Shown: positions 29,994 to 39,828 of the stretch, piece by piece
How the letters are laid out: the number at the start of each line of letters is the position of its first letter
How positions within the stretch are numbered: the stretch's first letter is position 1
Source: Patescibacteria group bacterium
GTDB taxonomy: Bacteria > Patescibacteriota > UBA1384 > XYA2-FULL-43-10 > 1-14-0-10-43-13
Length of the DNA: 64,000 nt
Assembly: GCA_041671645.1 (NCBI GenBank)
Contig: JBAZBD010000001.1
Location: 799,234 to 863,233 of the forward strand
Direction of reading: 5' to 3'
Made by a program: the position numbers and the translations under genes
The notes under the pieces: model-generated
Told to the model about the DNA's origin: nothing
Database searches by the model: none
The model's input: only the letters and a program-made list of their open reading frames with translations

Positions 29994-31500
29994 TTTGTCC
30001 CTCCAAAATATTTGACCTCTTTGTTGATTTCGTAGTCACTCTGAAAACTTCAAGATATTTACCAAACATCAGCCGAGTCTGTGATTCCATAGCTGGGATG
30101 GAAGAAAAGAAAATGTTGGAAATCGGCATTACAAATGGGGTCAGGCACCAGTCGAGTAGAATTCGACCAAATGGTTTCCTGCCTTGTCTCTTCGGCATCA
30201 GAAGGGTAGAAATCACAAGTGTGACAATCATACCGAGCCATGCGATAGTCAGCATTTTGATATACACTCCGCGAAAGCTATATGCCAAAATGTCTCCCTG
30301 AAAGGCAGAGCCGAAAAAAACCGGAATCCAGGCTGAAGTGATCAGGACCAACGATGTCGTCGACCAGGAGATATGTGATTCCCATAATATCAAAGCGTTC
30401 GCCCACCTGTCAAAAAACGGTATTTTGTGGTTTCCTATCGTATTTTCCATCACAAAAGGGATGTCTGACACACCCCAAGCCCAACGTTTTTTCTGCAAAT
30501 ACTGCTCACGCATAGTATTCCTGAAAGTGTCAGCCAAGACTGCGTCCTGATAGATTGGAGTATACATCGGTACCACTTCGTGACAGCCGTCAAACCGATA
30601 ATAAGTTCGCCAAAACTGATGGCCGTCTTCCACAATCGTCTTGGTCGACCAGAAATCTGTTTGGACTAGTGCGGCTAGACTCTGTGCATGGGCAGAGAAA
30701 TTACGAAGCCGAGAAGGTCTTGTCGTAACAATTAATTGCCAAAAAGACGAACCCATCGCCATCAACCGATTCATCATCGGCACGTCCCAAATATTGTTGA
30801 AAAACATAGGCAACGGCTGAAAACTTTTGTGGATGGGATCGGGATCAGTGACATATTTATAAGTCAGATCGAGGAGATAATTTTTGTCCATGATATGGTC
30901 CGAATCCATCGTTGTCACGACCACATTTTCGTAAGGAATTTTCTCTTTGTCGATTTGTTCGAGTACCTTTCTGGCCGCGTAGGTGATGTTCCCACCTTTA
31001 CCGATCACTTCACCGGGAATATCCTTGGGATGCATTACGGTCATGAAAAGATGAAACTTCTTGCCGTGCTTTTCGGTTAATATTTTGGAATACTCCCCTG
31101 CCCGTTCTTTGTCGCGCTCCTCCGTCCCCAAGACATAAATAACATGATCCTGCGGGTAATTCGAAGTGAGAACGGAACGAATAGATGATTCTAGAATTTC
31201 AATATCTTCCTTGTATGTCGGAACAATCACAAGATGATATATCTCCTTCCATTTGCCGTCCGTCTGGTCTAATTTTGCTTGCCAATCAGTTTTCATGTCA
31301 CGTCGATAATTTCGATAACCCAGGATTAACCGATAAGACATCACAAATGTTCTTATCAACCAGTAAGTTAGATAAAAAATCATGTAAATAGCAAATACTT
31401 TTGGCGAGACTAGGACAACGACGAAAGGCAAAAGCAATATTGACCAAGAAATCAAACCGGGGAGTACTTCAAACAATCTTTTGTATTTCCAGGTGTTCAT
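29965..31500 (-). CDS. Membrane-embedded processive GT2 (cellulose/chitin/hyaluronan-synthase-like), 511 aa.
   Basis: D, DxD (TMDSDH), (T)ED and QKKRW (QxxRW) motifs, with TM helices on both sides of the catalytic domain. Confidence 0.7.
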   Translation of the reverse strand: MNTWKYKRLFEVLPGLISWSILLLPFVVVLVSPKVFAIYMIFYLTYWLIRTFVMSYRLILGYRNYRRDMKTDWQAKLDQTDGKWKEIYHLVIVPTYKEDIEILESSIRSVLTSNYPQDHVIYVLGTEERDKERAGEYSKILTEKHGKKFHLFMTVMHPKDIPGEVIGKGGNITYAARKVLEQIDKEKIPYENVVVTTMDSDHIMDKNYLLDLTYKYVTDPDPIHKSFQPLPMFFNNIWDVPMMNRLMAMGSSFWQLIVTTRPSRLRNFSAHAQSLAALVQTDFWSTKTIVEDGHQFWRTYYRFDGCHEVVPMYTPIYQDAVLADTFRNTMREQYLQKKRWAWGVSDIPFVMENTIGNHKIPFFDRWANALILWESHISWSTTSLVLITSAWIPVFFGSAFQGDILAYSFRGVYIKMLTIAWLGMIVTLVISTLLMPKRQGRKPFGRILLDWCLTPFVMPISNIFFSSIPAMESQTRLMFGKYLEVFRVTTKSTKRSNILEGQNEIAKEDLQ

Positions 31501-31829
31501 TGGTGAGATAGATAATAAATTTCCAAAATCATTACAAGTGCTACTGCCAAGATATTGCCGATGAAGAGGAGATAGCCAATTTCGCGTTCTCTTTTGAAGG
31601 AAGAAAAGGCCAAAACAGTGTTGAGAATCAGAATGATGAAAAGCAGTTTGATTGGGTAAACACCGATTCTGATATAGACAAAAATGTCTGGAGAGCTAAG
31701 CAAGAAATGCCAGATAAGATAATCTACAAACGACCAGATTAGGGAAATAGAAAACAAATACCGATTCACGATATCGTCAACCAGAAATTCCTTCAGGAAC
31801 GGACCAAGGGTGGTTATATATTTTTTCAT
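31497..31829 (-). CDS. Small polytopic membrane protein (possibly a GtrA-like flippase partner), about 110 aa.
   Basis: Three or four TM helices, 4-nt overlap with the processive GT2 gene. The start is trimmed to Met9 to avoid overlap with tRNA-Thr. The GtrA assignment is inference from context only. Confidence 0.35.
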   Translation of the reverse strand: MKKYITTLGPFLKEFLVDDIVNRYLFSISLIWSFVDYLIWHFLLSSPDIFVYIRIGVYPIKLLFIILILNTVLAFSSFKREREIGYLLFIGNILAVALVMILEIYYLSHQ

Positions 31830-31842
31830 ATTTTTTGTATTT

Positions 31843-31918
31843 TGGAGCCGCATTCGAGATTCGAACTCGAGACCTCCACTTTACGAAAGTGTTGCTCTAC
31901 CAGCTGAGCTAAAGCGGC
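31843..31918 (-). tRNA. tRNA-Thr (anticodon CGT).
   Basis: The reverse complement folds as a cloverleaf with anticodon loop TTCGTAA, T-loop TTCGAAT and CCA encoded. There is one T-T mismatch in the acceptor stem. Confidence 0.8.
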
Positions 31919-31919
31919 A

Positions 31920-31993
31920 TGGAGCGGGTAGTGGGAATCGAACCCGCGACTCATCCTTGGGAAGGATACATTTTACCACTAAACTATACCCGC
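31920..31993 (-). tRNA. tRNA-Gly (anticodon CCC).
   Basis: The reverse complement folds as a cloverleaf: acceptor GCGGGTA/TACCCGC, anticodon loop TTCCCAA, T-loop TTCGATT, discriminator U and CCA encoded. One C-A mismatch lies in the T-stem. Confidence 0.75.
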
Positions 31994-32145
31994 ATTAATA
32001 ACGACGATATTATCTACTACTAGAAAATTTATCACTTTGGGGTTGAAAAAACAATCGCTTGCCAATATTTTGTGTAAATAGAAATTCCAAGCTTGAAGAT
32101 CACTCAGAAAAATTGTATAGTTATTGCAAATCAAGAAAGGATTTC

Positions 32146-33153
32146 ATGGAACAGAAAAAAGTTATATTGACAGGAGACAGACCGACAGGCAAACTTCACC
32201 TCGGTCATTTTGTCGGTTCACTCCAAAATCGAGTCAAATTGCAACATGAGTATGAACAATTCATACTGATAGCCGACCTCCAGGCCCTGACAGACAACTC
32301 TGAAAATCCGGAAAAAATTAGGTCAAATGTCCTCGAAGTAGCCCTAGACTACCTAGCGGTTGGAATAGACCCGGAGATTTCCACAATATGTATTCAGTCC
32401 GAACTGCCCGCACTTTCTGATTTGACAATGTACTACTTAAATCTCGTCTCGCTTGCCCGACTTCAACGCAATCCTACAGTTAAAGATGAAATGAATCAAA
32501 AAGGCTTTGGAGCTGAAGTCCCTGCCGGATTTTTGACATATCCGATCAGCCAAGCCGCCGATATATCTGCATTTAAGGCAACTTTGGTACCAGTCGGCGC
32601 TGACCAGCTCCCGATGATTGAGCAAACCAACGAGATCGTTCGCAAATTTAATCGTGTTTACAATTCCAACGCATTAGTTGAATGTGAAGCACTAGTATCC
32701 GAAACTGGTCGACTTCCTGGTATCGACGGTAGCAACAAGATGTCCAAGTCCCTTGGCAACTGCATATATCTCTCAGATTCAGCTGAGGAGATCAAACAAA
32801 AAGTCATGAATATGTACACCGACCCGGATCACATCCATGTCGAAGATCCAGGAAAAGTTGAGGGGAATACTGTATTCGCCTATCTCGACATTTTTGATGA
32901 AAACAAAGACGAGATCGCGAAATTAAAAGAAGAGTACAAAAAGGGCGGCCTTGGCGACGTAACACTTAAGAATCGTTTGAATGATATTTTGCAGGAATTG
33001 CTCAATCCAATCAGAGCAAAGCGCGAAGAATTGGCCAAAGACCCAGATGCAATTATGAAAATTTTGGAAAAAGGCTCAGAGAAAGCTCGGGCAATTACTG
33101 GCAAAACGTTAGAGGAAATTAAATCTGCGATGAAGCTGGATTATTTCGCATAA
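32146..33153 (+). CDS. trpS: Tryptophan--tRNA ligase.
   Basis: Class I HIGH-type motif TGKLHLGHF and KMSKS. Length and conservation fit TrpS. The ATG at 32146 has an AAAGGA RBS. The upstream extension in the ORF track is rejected. Confidence 0.9.
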   Translation: MEQKKVILTGDRPTGKLHLGHFVGSLQNRVKLQHEYEQFILIADLQALTDNSENPEKIRSNVLEVALDYLAVGIDPEISTICIQSELPALSDLTMYYLNLVSLARLQRNPTVKDEMNQKGFGAEVPAGFLTYPISQAADISAFKATLVPVGADQLPMIEQTNEIVRKFNRVYNSNALVECEALVSETGRLPGIDGSNKMSKSLGNCIYLSDSAEEIKQKVMNMYTDPDHIHVEDPGKVEGNTVFAYLDIFDENKDEIAKLKEEYKKGGLGDVTLKNRLNDILQELLNPIRAKREELAKDPDAIMKILEKGSEKARAITGKTLEEIKSAMKLDYFA

Positions 33154-33158
33154 GATTC

Positions 33159-33184
33159 AAACGCCTCATATGTCTGAGGTGTTT
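33159..33184. repeat. Palindromic hairpin element AAACGCCTCATATGTCTGAGGTGTTT, copy b of the repeat family. It is the likely trpS terminator.
   Basis: Starts 5 nt after the trpS stop. The arms AAACGCCTCA / TGAGGTGTTT are shared with copies a and c. Confidence 0.55.
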
Positions 33185-33238
33185 CCGATATCCACTTCAT
33201 TGATTTTTGAGTCCAAATTTGTTATAATCCATTCTATT

Positions 33239-33287
33239 GCGGGGGCGTAGTTTCAGCCAAAGGCTGATCAGCCTCTGGCTGACAGTT
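33239..33287 (+). pseudogene. tRNA-Asp 5' fragment (GGGGGCGTAGTT...CAGTTGG) interrupted by a 30-nt double-hairpin insertion.
   Basis: gggggcgtagtt and cagttgg match nt 1-19 of the intact tRNA-Asp at 33564. Between them lies tcagccaaaggctga-tcagcctctggctga, two tandem hairpins. Confidence 0.5.
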
Positions 33288-33294
33288 GGAAAAT

Positions 33295-33573
33295 ATGCAT
33301 TTTGTTTATTTCTTAAAAAGTATTACCAACGGAAAGTATTACGTCGGTCAGACAGATCGCGAACCTTCTGTACGTTTACAAGAGCATAATTCTGGCCATA
33401 ATTCATGGACAAAAAAGAATGGCCCCTTCGAACTGATTTACCACGAAAGTTATGCATGCAAAGAAGATGCTAGGAGGAGAGAAAACTTTTATAAATCTGG
33501 TATTGGCAAAAGGGTTATGAAAGCGATAATCGAGATATTTGTTAATAAGGAAAAACCAACTACGGGGGCGTAG
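33295..33573 (+). CDS. GIY-YIG nuclease family protein (YhbQ/UPF0213-like), about 92 aa.
   Basis: VYFLKSITNGKYYVGQT...RLQEHN matches the GIY-YIG core. The ATG at 33295 is preferred over the upstream TTG. The 3' end overlaps tRNA-Asp by 10 nt. Confidence 0.65.
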   Translation: MHFVYFLKSITNGKYYVGQTDREPSVRLQEHNSGHNSWTKKNGPFELIYHESYACKEDARRRENFYKSGIGKRVMKAIIEIFVNKEKPTTGA

Positions 33574-33640
33574 TTCAGTTGGTTAGAACGCCACACTGTC
33601 ACTGTGGAGGTCGCCGGTTCGAGCCCGGTCGCTCCCGCCA
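33564..33640 (+). tRNA. tRNA-Asp (anticodon GTC).
   Basis: Cloverleaf with acceptor GGGGGCG/CGCTCCC, anticodon loop CTGTCAC, T-loop TTCGAGC, discriminator G and CCA encoded. Confidence 0.9.
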
Positions 33641-33723
33641 TATGTTGGTTTTTCCTTAAGAATAATGTCTCTCTAGCAGGTCTGGGGCAGAGGCCCGCCC
33701 ATCCTCGACTGGGCTCCCGCCAT

Positions 33724-33756
33724 AAAAAAGGATAGCTCTTCGAGCTATTTTTTTGT
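33724..33756 (+). terminator. Rho-independent terminator (ATAGCTC-ttcg-GAGCTAT followed by T7), possibly bidirectional.
   Basis: A6 run, 7-bp stem, tetraloop and T7. It sits directly after the 12-nt repeat of the tRNA-Asp 3' end (gctcccgccata at 33715..33726). Confidence 0.6.
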
Positions 33757-33825
33757 TGCAGAGCCGTCAAGACTCGCACGAGATTAGCGTATTTGATATA
33801 ATCAAAAAAATAAATTGGAGTTAGA

Positions 33826-34815
33826 ATGTCTGAGCATAATCTTGGCGCGAGTAAAAGCGATACAAAATTTTCAGCATCGGATGAACAAGTTAATCCAATA
33901 CAACCTGGCGGTCCTTTGCCAGACCATATGCTATGGGAAACCAGTGTAGATCAGAATGATCCATCAATAGAATTGGGTATTACAACACCTGATGGCGATT
34001 ATTTTCCATTCGATCATGGCGAATCGCTAATTATGATCATGATGGCAGATGGCCAGAGACAACCATTTGTTAGACTGAAAAGTGGCCAGGAAGTCAGGTT
34101 TGAATCTTGGAGATTATCAAGAAGACAAGAATTTGCTGAAGTATTAGACAATGTCGACGAAGATTATAAGGCAGCATATCTCGCGGCACTGGAAGACTTC
34201 CCCCATCTTGACCAGATGCAAGTCGAATTGGCAACTTCCCAGCAATATCCAAATCTGAAGTATACTGGCGGCTTTTGGCGAAAACCTCAAAGCGACGCAG
34301 ATGCTCCAAAAATTGTTGTTATTATGGGGCAAAATGGGCTATATGAACAGCTACTAATCGATCGAGAGCTCTCGGCCAGAAAAAGTGCTGAGATAATCGG
34401 TATCGATTTCGAGGTGATGAAAGAACACCCAAATATTTTAAAACTTTTTATTTTCCTCCATGAAATCGGCCATGTTGAGGATTATATAACAAACTTTCGC
34501 AAGAAAAGTGAATTAGACGGTTCTGATCCAGTGCAGGCAAAACGAGAAAAACGCAATCGAGAAATGGTCACTTTGCCTATTCCTGGAGTAAGTCCAGATT
34601 TGGCGAGACGAATGTACGACAGCGGAGAGCTCCAAACATACTACGCAAAATATCAACAAAATTACCAAAGGATTAGAGGGTTAATGTCGGTTGAAGAATT
34701 GCTAGATGCCAACGAGATTGCTTACCATGAGCTCCCGTCAGAGAGATATGCTGATCAACGGGCAGGAGAGATATTAAGAAAACATTGGAACGTATTAATC
34801 AATCACACCAAATAG
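33826..34815 (+). CDS. Hypothetical protein with an HExxH zinc-metallopeptidase motif, 329 aa.
   Basis: LFIFLHEIGHVEDY (HEIGH). It has its own TGaTATAAT extended -10 element and a GGAG RBS. No signal peptide is present. The family is not recognised, though ImmA/IrrE-like is possible. Confidence 0.55.
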   Translation: MSEHNLGASKSDTKFSASDEQVNPIQPGGPLPDHMLWETSVDQNDPSIELGITTPDGDYFPFDHGESLIMIMMADGQRQPFVRLKSGQEVRFESWRLSRRQEFAEVLDNVDEDYKAAYLAALEDFPHLDQMQVELATSQQYPNLKYTGGFWRKPQSDADAPKIVVIMGQNGLYEQLLIDRELSARKSAEIIGIDFEVMKEHPNILKLFIFLHEIGHVEDYITNFRKKSELDGSDPVQAKREKRNREMVTLPIPGVSPDLARRMYDSGELQTYYAKYQQNYQRIRGLMSVEELLDANEIAYHELPSERYADQRAGEILRKHWNVLINHTK

Positions 34816-34886
34816 TGATGTATTAATTCGAGATAAAAATGTATTCAGACCGATAGTTCTAACTTCCGCCACTATGCCCCGCCGTT

Positions 34887-34928
34887 AAGAATCACCAATC
34901 TTTGTAAAAATTGGTGATTCTTTATTTG
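34887..34928 (+). terminator. Rho-independent terminator (12-bp stem AAGAATCACCAAT / ATTGGTGATTCTT followed by a T-run).
   Basis: Long perfect stem followed by TTATTTG. This argues against the ORF-track start of the next gene at 34911. Confidence 0.6.
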
Positions 34929-34994
34929 CTAATACTCTTGCATTTAGGTCAAGATCGTTGTACTGTGGAGCTGATAATTAATAGAAAGGGTGTT

Positions 34995-35750
34995 ATGTCC
35001 TATTGGCTCATTCCGATCGCGATCTTGGTCTTTTCTGCCCTCAGAGTCGTTCAGCAATATGAAAAAGGTGTCGTTTTCCGCCTTGGTAAGGTCATCGGCG
35101 AGCGAGGCCCAGGTTGGCGAATTATGATTCCGATCATAGACATTATGCGCAAAGTTTCCTTGCAGATAATCACCATGCCGATTCCTTCACAGAAAATTAT
35201 CACGAAAGACAATGTTTCGATCGATGTAGCCGCTGTCGCCTACTTTCAGATCGTTGACGCGACCAAATCCTTGGTTGCAATTCAGAATGTTGTCTCAGCC
35301 GTGAATCAAATTTCCCAGACCACGATTAGAAATTTTGTTGGACAATTCACACTTGATGAAGTATTGTCCGAGACCGATAAGATAAATAAGAAGGTCAAGA
35401 ATATCATCGACACTCACACTGAGGCCTGGGGCGTTTCAGTCAAAACTGTAGAGATCAAAGATATTCAACTCCCAGACACAATGCAACGAGCGATGGCCAA
35501 ACAGGCCGAAGCTGAGAGAGAAAAGCGGGCCAAAATCATCGCAGCTGAAGGTGAATTTCAATCAGCAGATCAGCTTGGCAAGGCCGCCGATGTCATAGCT
35601 AAGCATCCAATTGCTCTGCAACTTCGCAATCTCCAGGTCTTGTCCGAAATAGCAGTGGAGAAGAATTCGACAATTGTCTTCCCATCCCAACTATTCTCAA
35701 GCGTTGATAACTTGAAAAAATTCGTGGGCGACGAGATAAGTTCTAAATAG
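34995..35750 (+). CDS. SPFH/band-7 (stomatin/HflK-like) membrane protein.
   Basis: N-terminal TM followed by the [12 protein letters not shown]...[25 protein letters not shown] core and a C-terminal coiled coil. The ATG at 34995 has an AAAGGG RBS. Confidence 0.8.
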   Translation: MSYWLIPIAILVFSALRVVQQYEKGVVFRLGKVIGERGPGWRIMIPIIDIMRKVSLQIITMPIPSQKIITKDNVSIDVAAVAYFQIVDATKSLVAIQNVVSAVNQISQTTIRNFVGQFTLDEVLSETDKINKKVKNIIDTHTEAWGVSVKTVEIKDIQLPDTMQRAMAKQAEAEREKRAKIIAAEGEFQSADQLGKAADVIAKHPIALQLRNLQVLSEIAVEKNSTIVFPSQLFSSVDNLKKFVGDEISSK

Positions 35751-35772
35751 TTCATACAATTTCATACATAGA

Positions 35773-35805
35773 AAATTGCCCCGCCACACTGGGGCAATTT
35801 TTTTG
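35773..35805 (+). terminator. Rho-independent terminator (AAATTGCCCC-gccacact-GGGGCAATTT followed by T7).
   Basis: 10-bp stem followed by a T-run directly after the SPFH stop. Confidence 0.7.
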
Positions 35806-35807
35806 TC

Positions 35808-35837
35808 TTGAAATTTATAGTAAGAAATTGGTAAGAT
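35808..35837 (+). promoter_or_regulatory. Putative promoter of eno-gpmI (TTGAAA-N18-TAAGAT).
   Basis: cttgaaatttatagtaagaaattggtaagat lies about 35 nt upstream of the eno ATG. It shares the hexamer pair with the tRNA-Pro promoter. Confidence 0.35.
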
Positions 35838-35870
35838 GAGTGAGCATTATTATTTATTGGAAGGCATTGA

Positions 35871-37157
<1,287 letters not shown>

Positions 37158-37171
37158 TCGAATCTAATATT

Positions 37172-38689
37172 ATGAAACAGAGCGACAGAAAAGTTGCGCT
37201 GATTATTTTGGATGGCTGGGGATATAGTCCAGACACAGAGCACAATCCGATCAGTATCGCCGAGACTCCATGTTTTGATCGTTTGTGGGGAAAATGTCCT
37301 CATGCTTTTCTGGAAGCTAGCGGCGAGGCAGTCGGTCTGCCCGCTGGGCAAATGGGTAATAGCGAGGTTGGCCATACCGTAATTGGAGCTGGCAAAATAG
37401 TCTACACTGATCTGGCAAAAATTTCTAAGGCCGCAAGAGAAAAAGAACTTTCAACAAATTCAGCTTTGATTGCACTCTTTGACCACGTGAAAGAATACGA
37501 CTCGGTACTCCATGTTGCAGGACTGATTGGTCCTGGCGGAGTCCACAGCCATTCGGAGCACCTCTACGCTTTCCTCCGAGCCGCCGACAGAGCCGGGATT
37601 AAGAAGATAGCCATCCACGCCTTCATGGACGGCCGCGATACTCCTCCCCAAAGCGGACGACAATACTTGAAGGAACTAGAAGAAGTAGTCGACGAGATTG
37701 GAATTGGTTTTATTGCCACAGCTTCAGGAAGGTTTTACGCTATGGACCGAGACAACAACTGGGATCGGCTCCAAATGGTGGAGAATATGATATTTGATGG
37801 CAAGAGCGGTCGGCGCGAAAGTCGAAAACCGTCAGAAGTAATTGCTGAGCTATACGAACATGGTATTATAGACGAACATATTGAACCAACAATGTTCTTG
37901 GATGATTCTGGGATAAGTTACCAAATCGGCAAGAATGATGGCGTATTTTTGTTTAATTTCAGAAAAGATCGGGCCAAGATGATGACGAGCAAAATCATCG
38001 AAAGAGGCAGGGGCAATAACAACTTTTTGGTTACTATGACAGAATATGATAAAAGCTTCCCCTGTCTACATGCGTTTACCGAAGAAATCATCGAAACTAC
38101 CGTTGCCAAGGAGATCTCGAGAGCAGGGATGAGACAGGCTCATATCGCAGAAACCGAGAAATTCGCCCATTGCACATATTACTTGAATGGCGGGAAGAAG
38201 GAGCCATATCCCGGAGAAGAACATATCCTTGTCGAGAGTCGAAAGGACATCAAGACTCACGACCAGGCCCCAGAAATGAAAGCAGAGGAAATAACGGAAA
38301 AAGCTATCGAGCAGATAGAGATTGACACAAATTTCATCTTCATAAACTACGCAAACCCAGATATGATCGGTCACACCGGCAATAGAAGTGCGGCCGTTAA
38401 GGCCATCGAATCCCTCGATTGCCAATTGGGAAGGCTCGTTCAAAGAGCCGAAAAATCAGGTTACAATATTCTAATTACCGCTGACCATGGAAATGCTGAG
38501 GTTATCTTCGACGCCGTCACGAAGCAACCTCATACGGCTCATACCACAAACAAAGTCCCCATCATCTATTCGGGTGGAGAGGGGCACACACTTTCGGACG
38601 GGAATCTAAGTGATATCGCGCCCACAGTGCTATCCTTGCTGAAGATACCAATCCCCGAAAGCATGACTGGCAAAATATTGCTTAAATAA
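37172..38689 (+). CDS. gpmI: 2,3-bisphosphoglycerate-independent phosphoglycerate mutase.
   Basis: LIILDGWGYS, NSEVGHT, the ADHGN motifs and a length of about 505 aa. Confidence 0.95.
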   Translation: MKQSDRKVALIILDGWGYSPDTEHNPISIAETPCFDRLWGKCPHAFLEASGEAVGLPAGQMGNSEVGHTVIGAGKIVYTDLAKISKAAREKELSTNSALIALFDHVKEYDSVLHVAGLIGPGGVHSHSEHLYAFLRAADRAGIKKIAIHAFMDGRDTPPQSGRQYLKELEEVVDEIGIGFIATASGRFYAMDRDNNWDRLQMVENMIFDGKSGRRESRKPSEVIAELYEHGIIDEHIEPTMFLDDSGISYQIGKNDGVFLFNFRKDRAKMMTSKIIERGRGNNNFLVTMTEYDKSFPCLHAFTEEIIETTVAKEISRAGMRQAHIAETEKFAHCTYYLNGGKKEPYPGEEHILVESRKDIKTHDQAPEMKAEEITEKAIEQIEIDTNFIFINYANPDMIGHTGNRSAAVKAIESLDCQLGRLVQRAEKSGYNILITADHGNAEVIFDAVTKQPHTAHTTNKVPIIYSGGEGHTLSDGNLSDIAPTVLSLLKIPIPESMTGKILLK

Positions 38690-38691
38690 CG

Positions 38692-38720
38692 AAAAATCGA
38701 CCCTGAATGGTCGATTTTTC
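38692..38720. terminator. Bidirectional rho-independent terminator (AAAAATCGACC-ctgaat-GGTCGATTTTT) between convergent gpmI and the PPIase gene.
   Basis: A-run, 10-bp stem and T-run, located between the stops at 38689 (+) and 38740 (-). Confidence 0.7.
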
Positions 38721-38739
38721 TAGTGTAGGATATTTGTGT

Positions 38740-39783
38740 CTATTTTATATCATACATTTTCAAAATAAAACTTTTGTCCTTGAGCTCAGAAATCCAATCA
38801 GCAAATTTTTTCTGTAAAATCCCACCCCTGCTTTCTACTTTGATAATGTGCCAGCCGTAGATAGTCTTGACCGGTTCAGACACTTCTCCAACTTTTGTGC
38901 CGAAGGCGACGTCGGAGAATTCCTGAACCATCTCACCGTCTGCAAATGGCTCAAGTTTGCCCCCGTTTGGAGCGCTACTTGAGTCTTCTGAGTATTTCTT
39001 GGCCGCTTCTGCGAAATCAAGTCCGCCGCTAATTTCTGCTTTTATGGAATCTGCCTTGACTTTGGCTTTTGCGATATCGTCAGCAGAGGCGTTTTCAGCC
39101 ACTCTGATCAAGATATGGTCAACCGTAACCTTTGCGATAACTTTCTCATTTAGTTTGTCTCTCATAATCTGGATTCTGACTAATTGCCTAAACCTTTTCA
39201 GATTTATTCCGTACATTTCGTTCAGTATTTTTTCAACTTTGTCCTGGCCACCATTTTGCTGAACAATACCGTCGATAACTTGGTCTTCGTCCTGCTTGGT
39301 AACTTTGACTTTGTATTTGACAGCCTGGATCTGGATAATTTTATTTTCGATTAATTGGTCTACAATTTGCTGATCAATTTCCTTGAAATCTACTGAGGTC
39401 TCCATCTGAGTTGCCTCATAGAAATGATGGATATAATCAGACTCCGCCGTGTACGAGTCGTAAGTGATGAACTGATAATTCACGACCGCAATTGGATAAG
39501 GAATAAAACTAGTTGCGAATTTTACATTTTTCGACTGCGATTTGAATCCGTAGATCATAACTCCTGTCACAACAACGTAAGCGACAAATATGACAATAAA
39601 TATCCCGACAATCACCGATGTTTTCTTGTAGAGCGGGCTGGCCATAAACTCCTTGCATTTGATCGCTCGGATTTTCGTCCAGCATGCAGAACAAAAACTA
39701 GAAACTGGTTTTGGTATTTTAATCTTATCAACCCAAATAAATAACTTTTTCAATCTCTTAAATACGTCCTTATCAATCTTCAT
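38740..39783 (-). CDS. Membrane-anchored parvulin-type peptidyl-prolyl isomerase (PrsA/SurA-like).
   Basis: N-terminal TM, a SurA-like chaperone region and a C-terminal PpiC domain (FSDVAFGTKVGEVSEPVKTIYGWHIIKV). An alternative start at 39645 (MASPLYKK) also has an AAGGAG RBS. Confidence 0.7.
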   Translation of the reverse strand: MKIDKDVFKRLKKLFIWVDKIKIPKPVSSFCSACWTKIRAIKCKEFMASPLYKKTSVIVGIFIVIFVAYVVVTGVMIYGFKSQSKNVKFATSFIPYPIAVVNYQFITYDSYTAESDYIHHFYEATQMETSVDFKEIDQQIVDQLIENKIIQIQAVKYKVKVTKQDEDQVIDGIVQQNGGQDKVEKILNEMYGINLKRFRQLVRIQIMRDKLNEKVIAKVTVDHILIRVAENASADDIAKAKVKADSIKAEISGGLDFAEAAKKYSEDSSSAPNGGKLEPFADGEMVQEFSDVAFGTKVGEVSEPVKTIYGWHIIKVESRGGILQKKFADWISELKDKSFILKMYDIK

Positions 39784-39828
39784 ATAGCTTCCTTTTAATG
39801 TGAGTTTATTATAGTTTCTTTGTCTTCT

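Noticed and set aside
32059-32145. An N-terminal 29-aa extension of trpS given in the ORF track ([29 protein letters not shown]).
   Set aside because: It has no RBS. The internal ATG at 32146 has an AAAGGA RBS at correct spacing, and from there the protein aligns with the TrpS N-terminus.
33489-33779. A 96-aa minus-strand ORF.
   Set aside because: It is antisense to tRNA-Asp and its terminator, and the GC-rich tRNA sequence keeps the frame open by chance.
34911-34994. An N-terminal extension of the SPFH gene.
   Set aside because: The extension overlaps a strong rho-independent terminator (34887..34928). The ATG at 34995 has a proper RBS.
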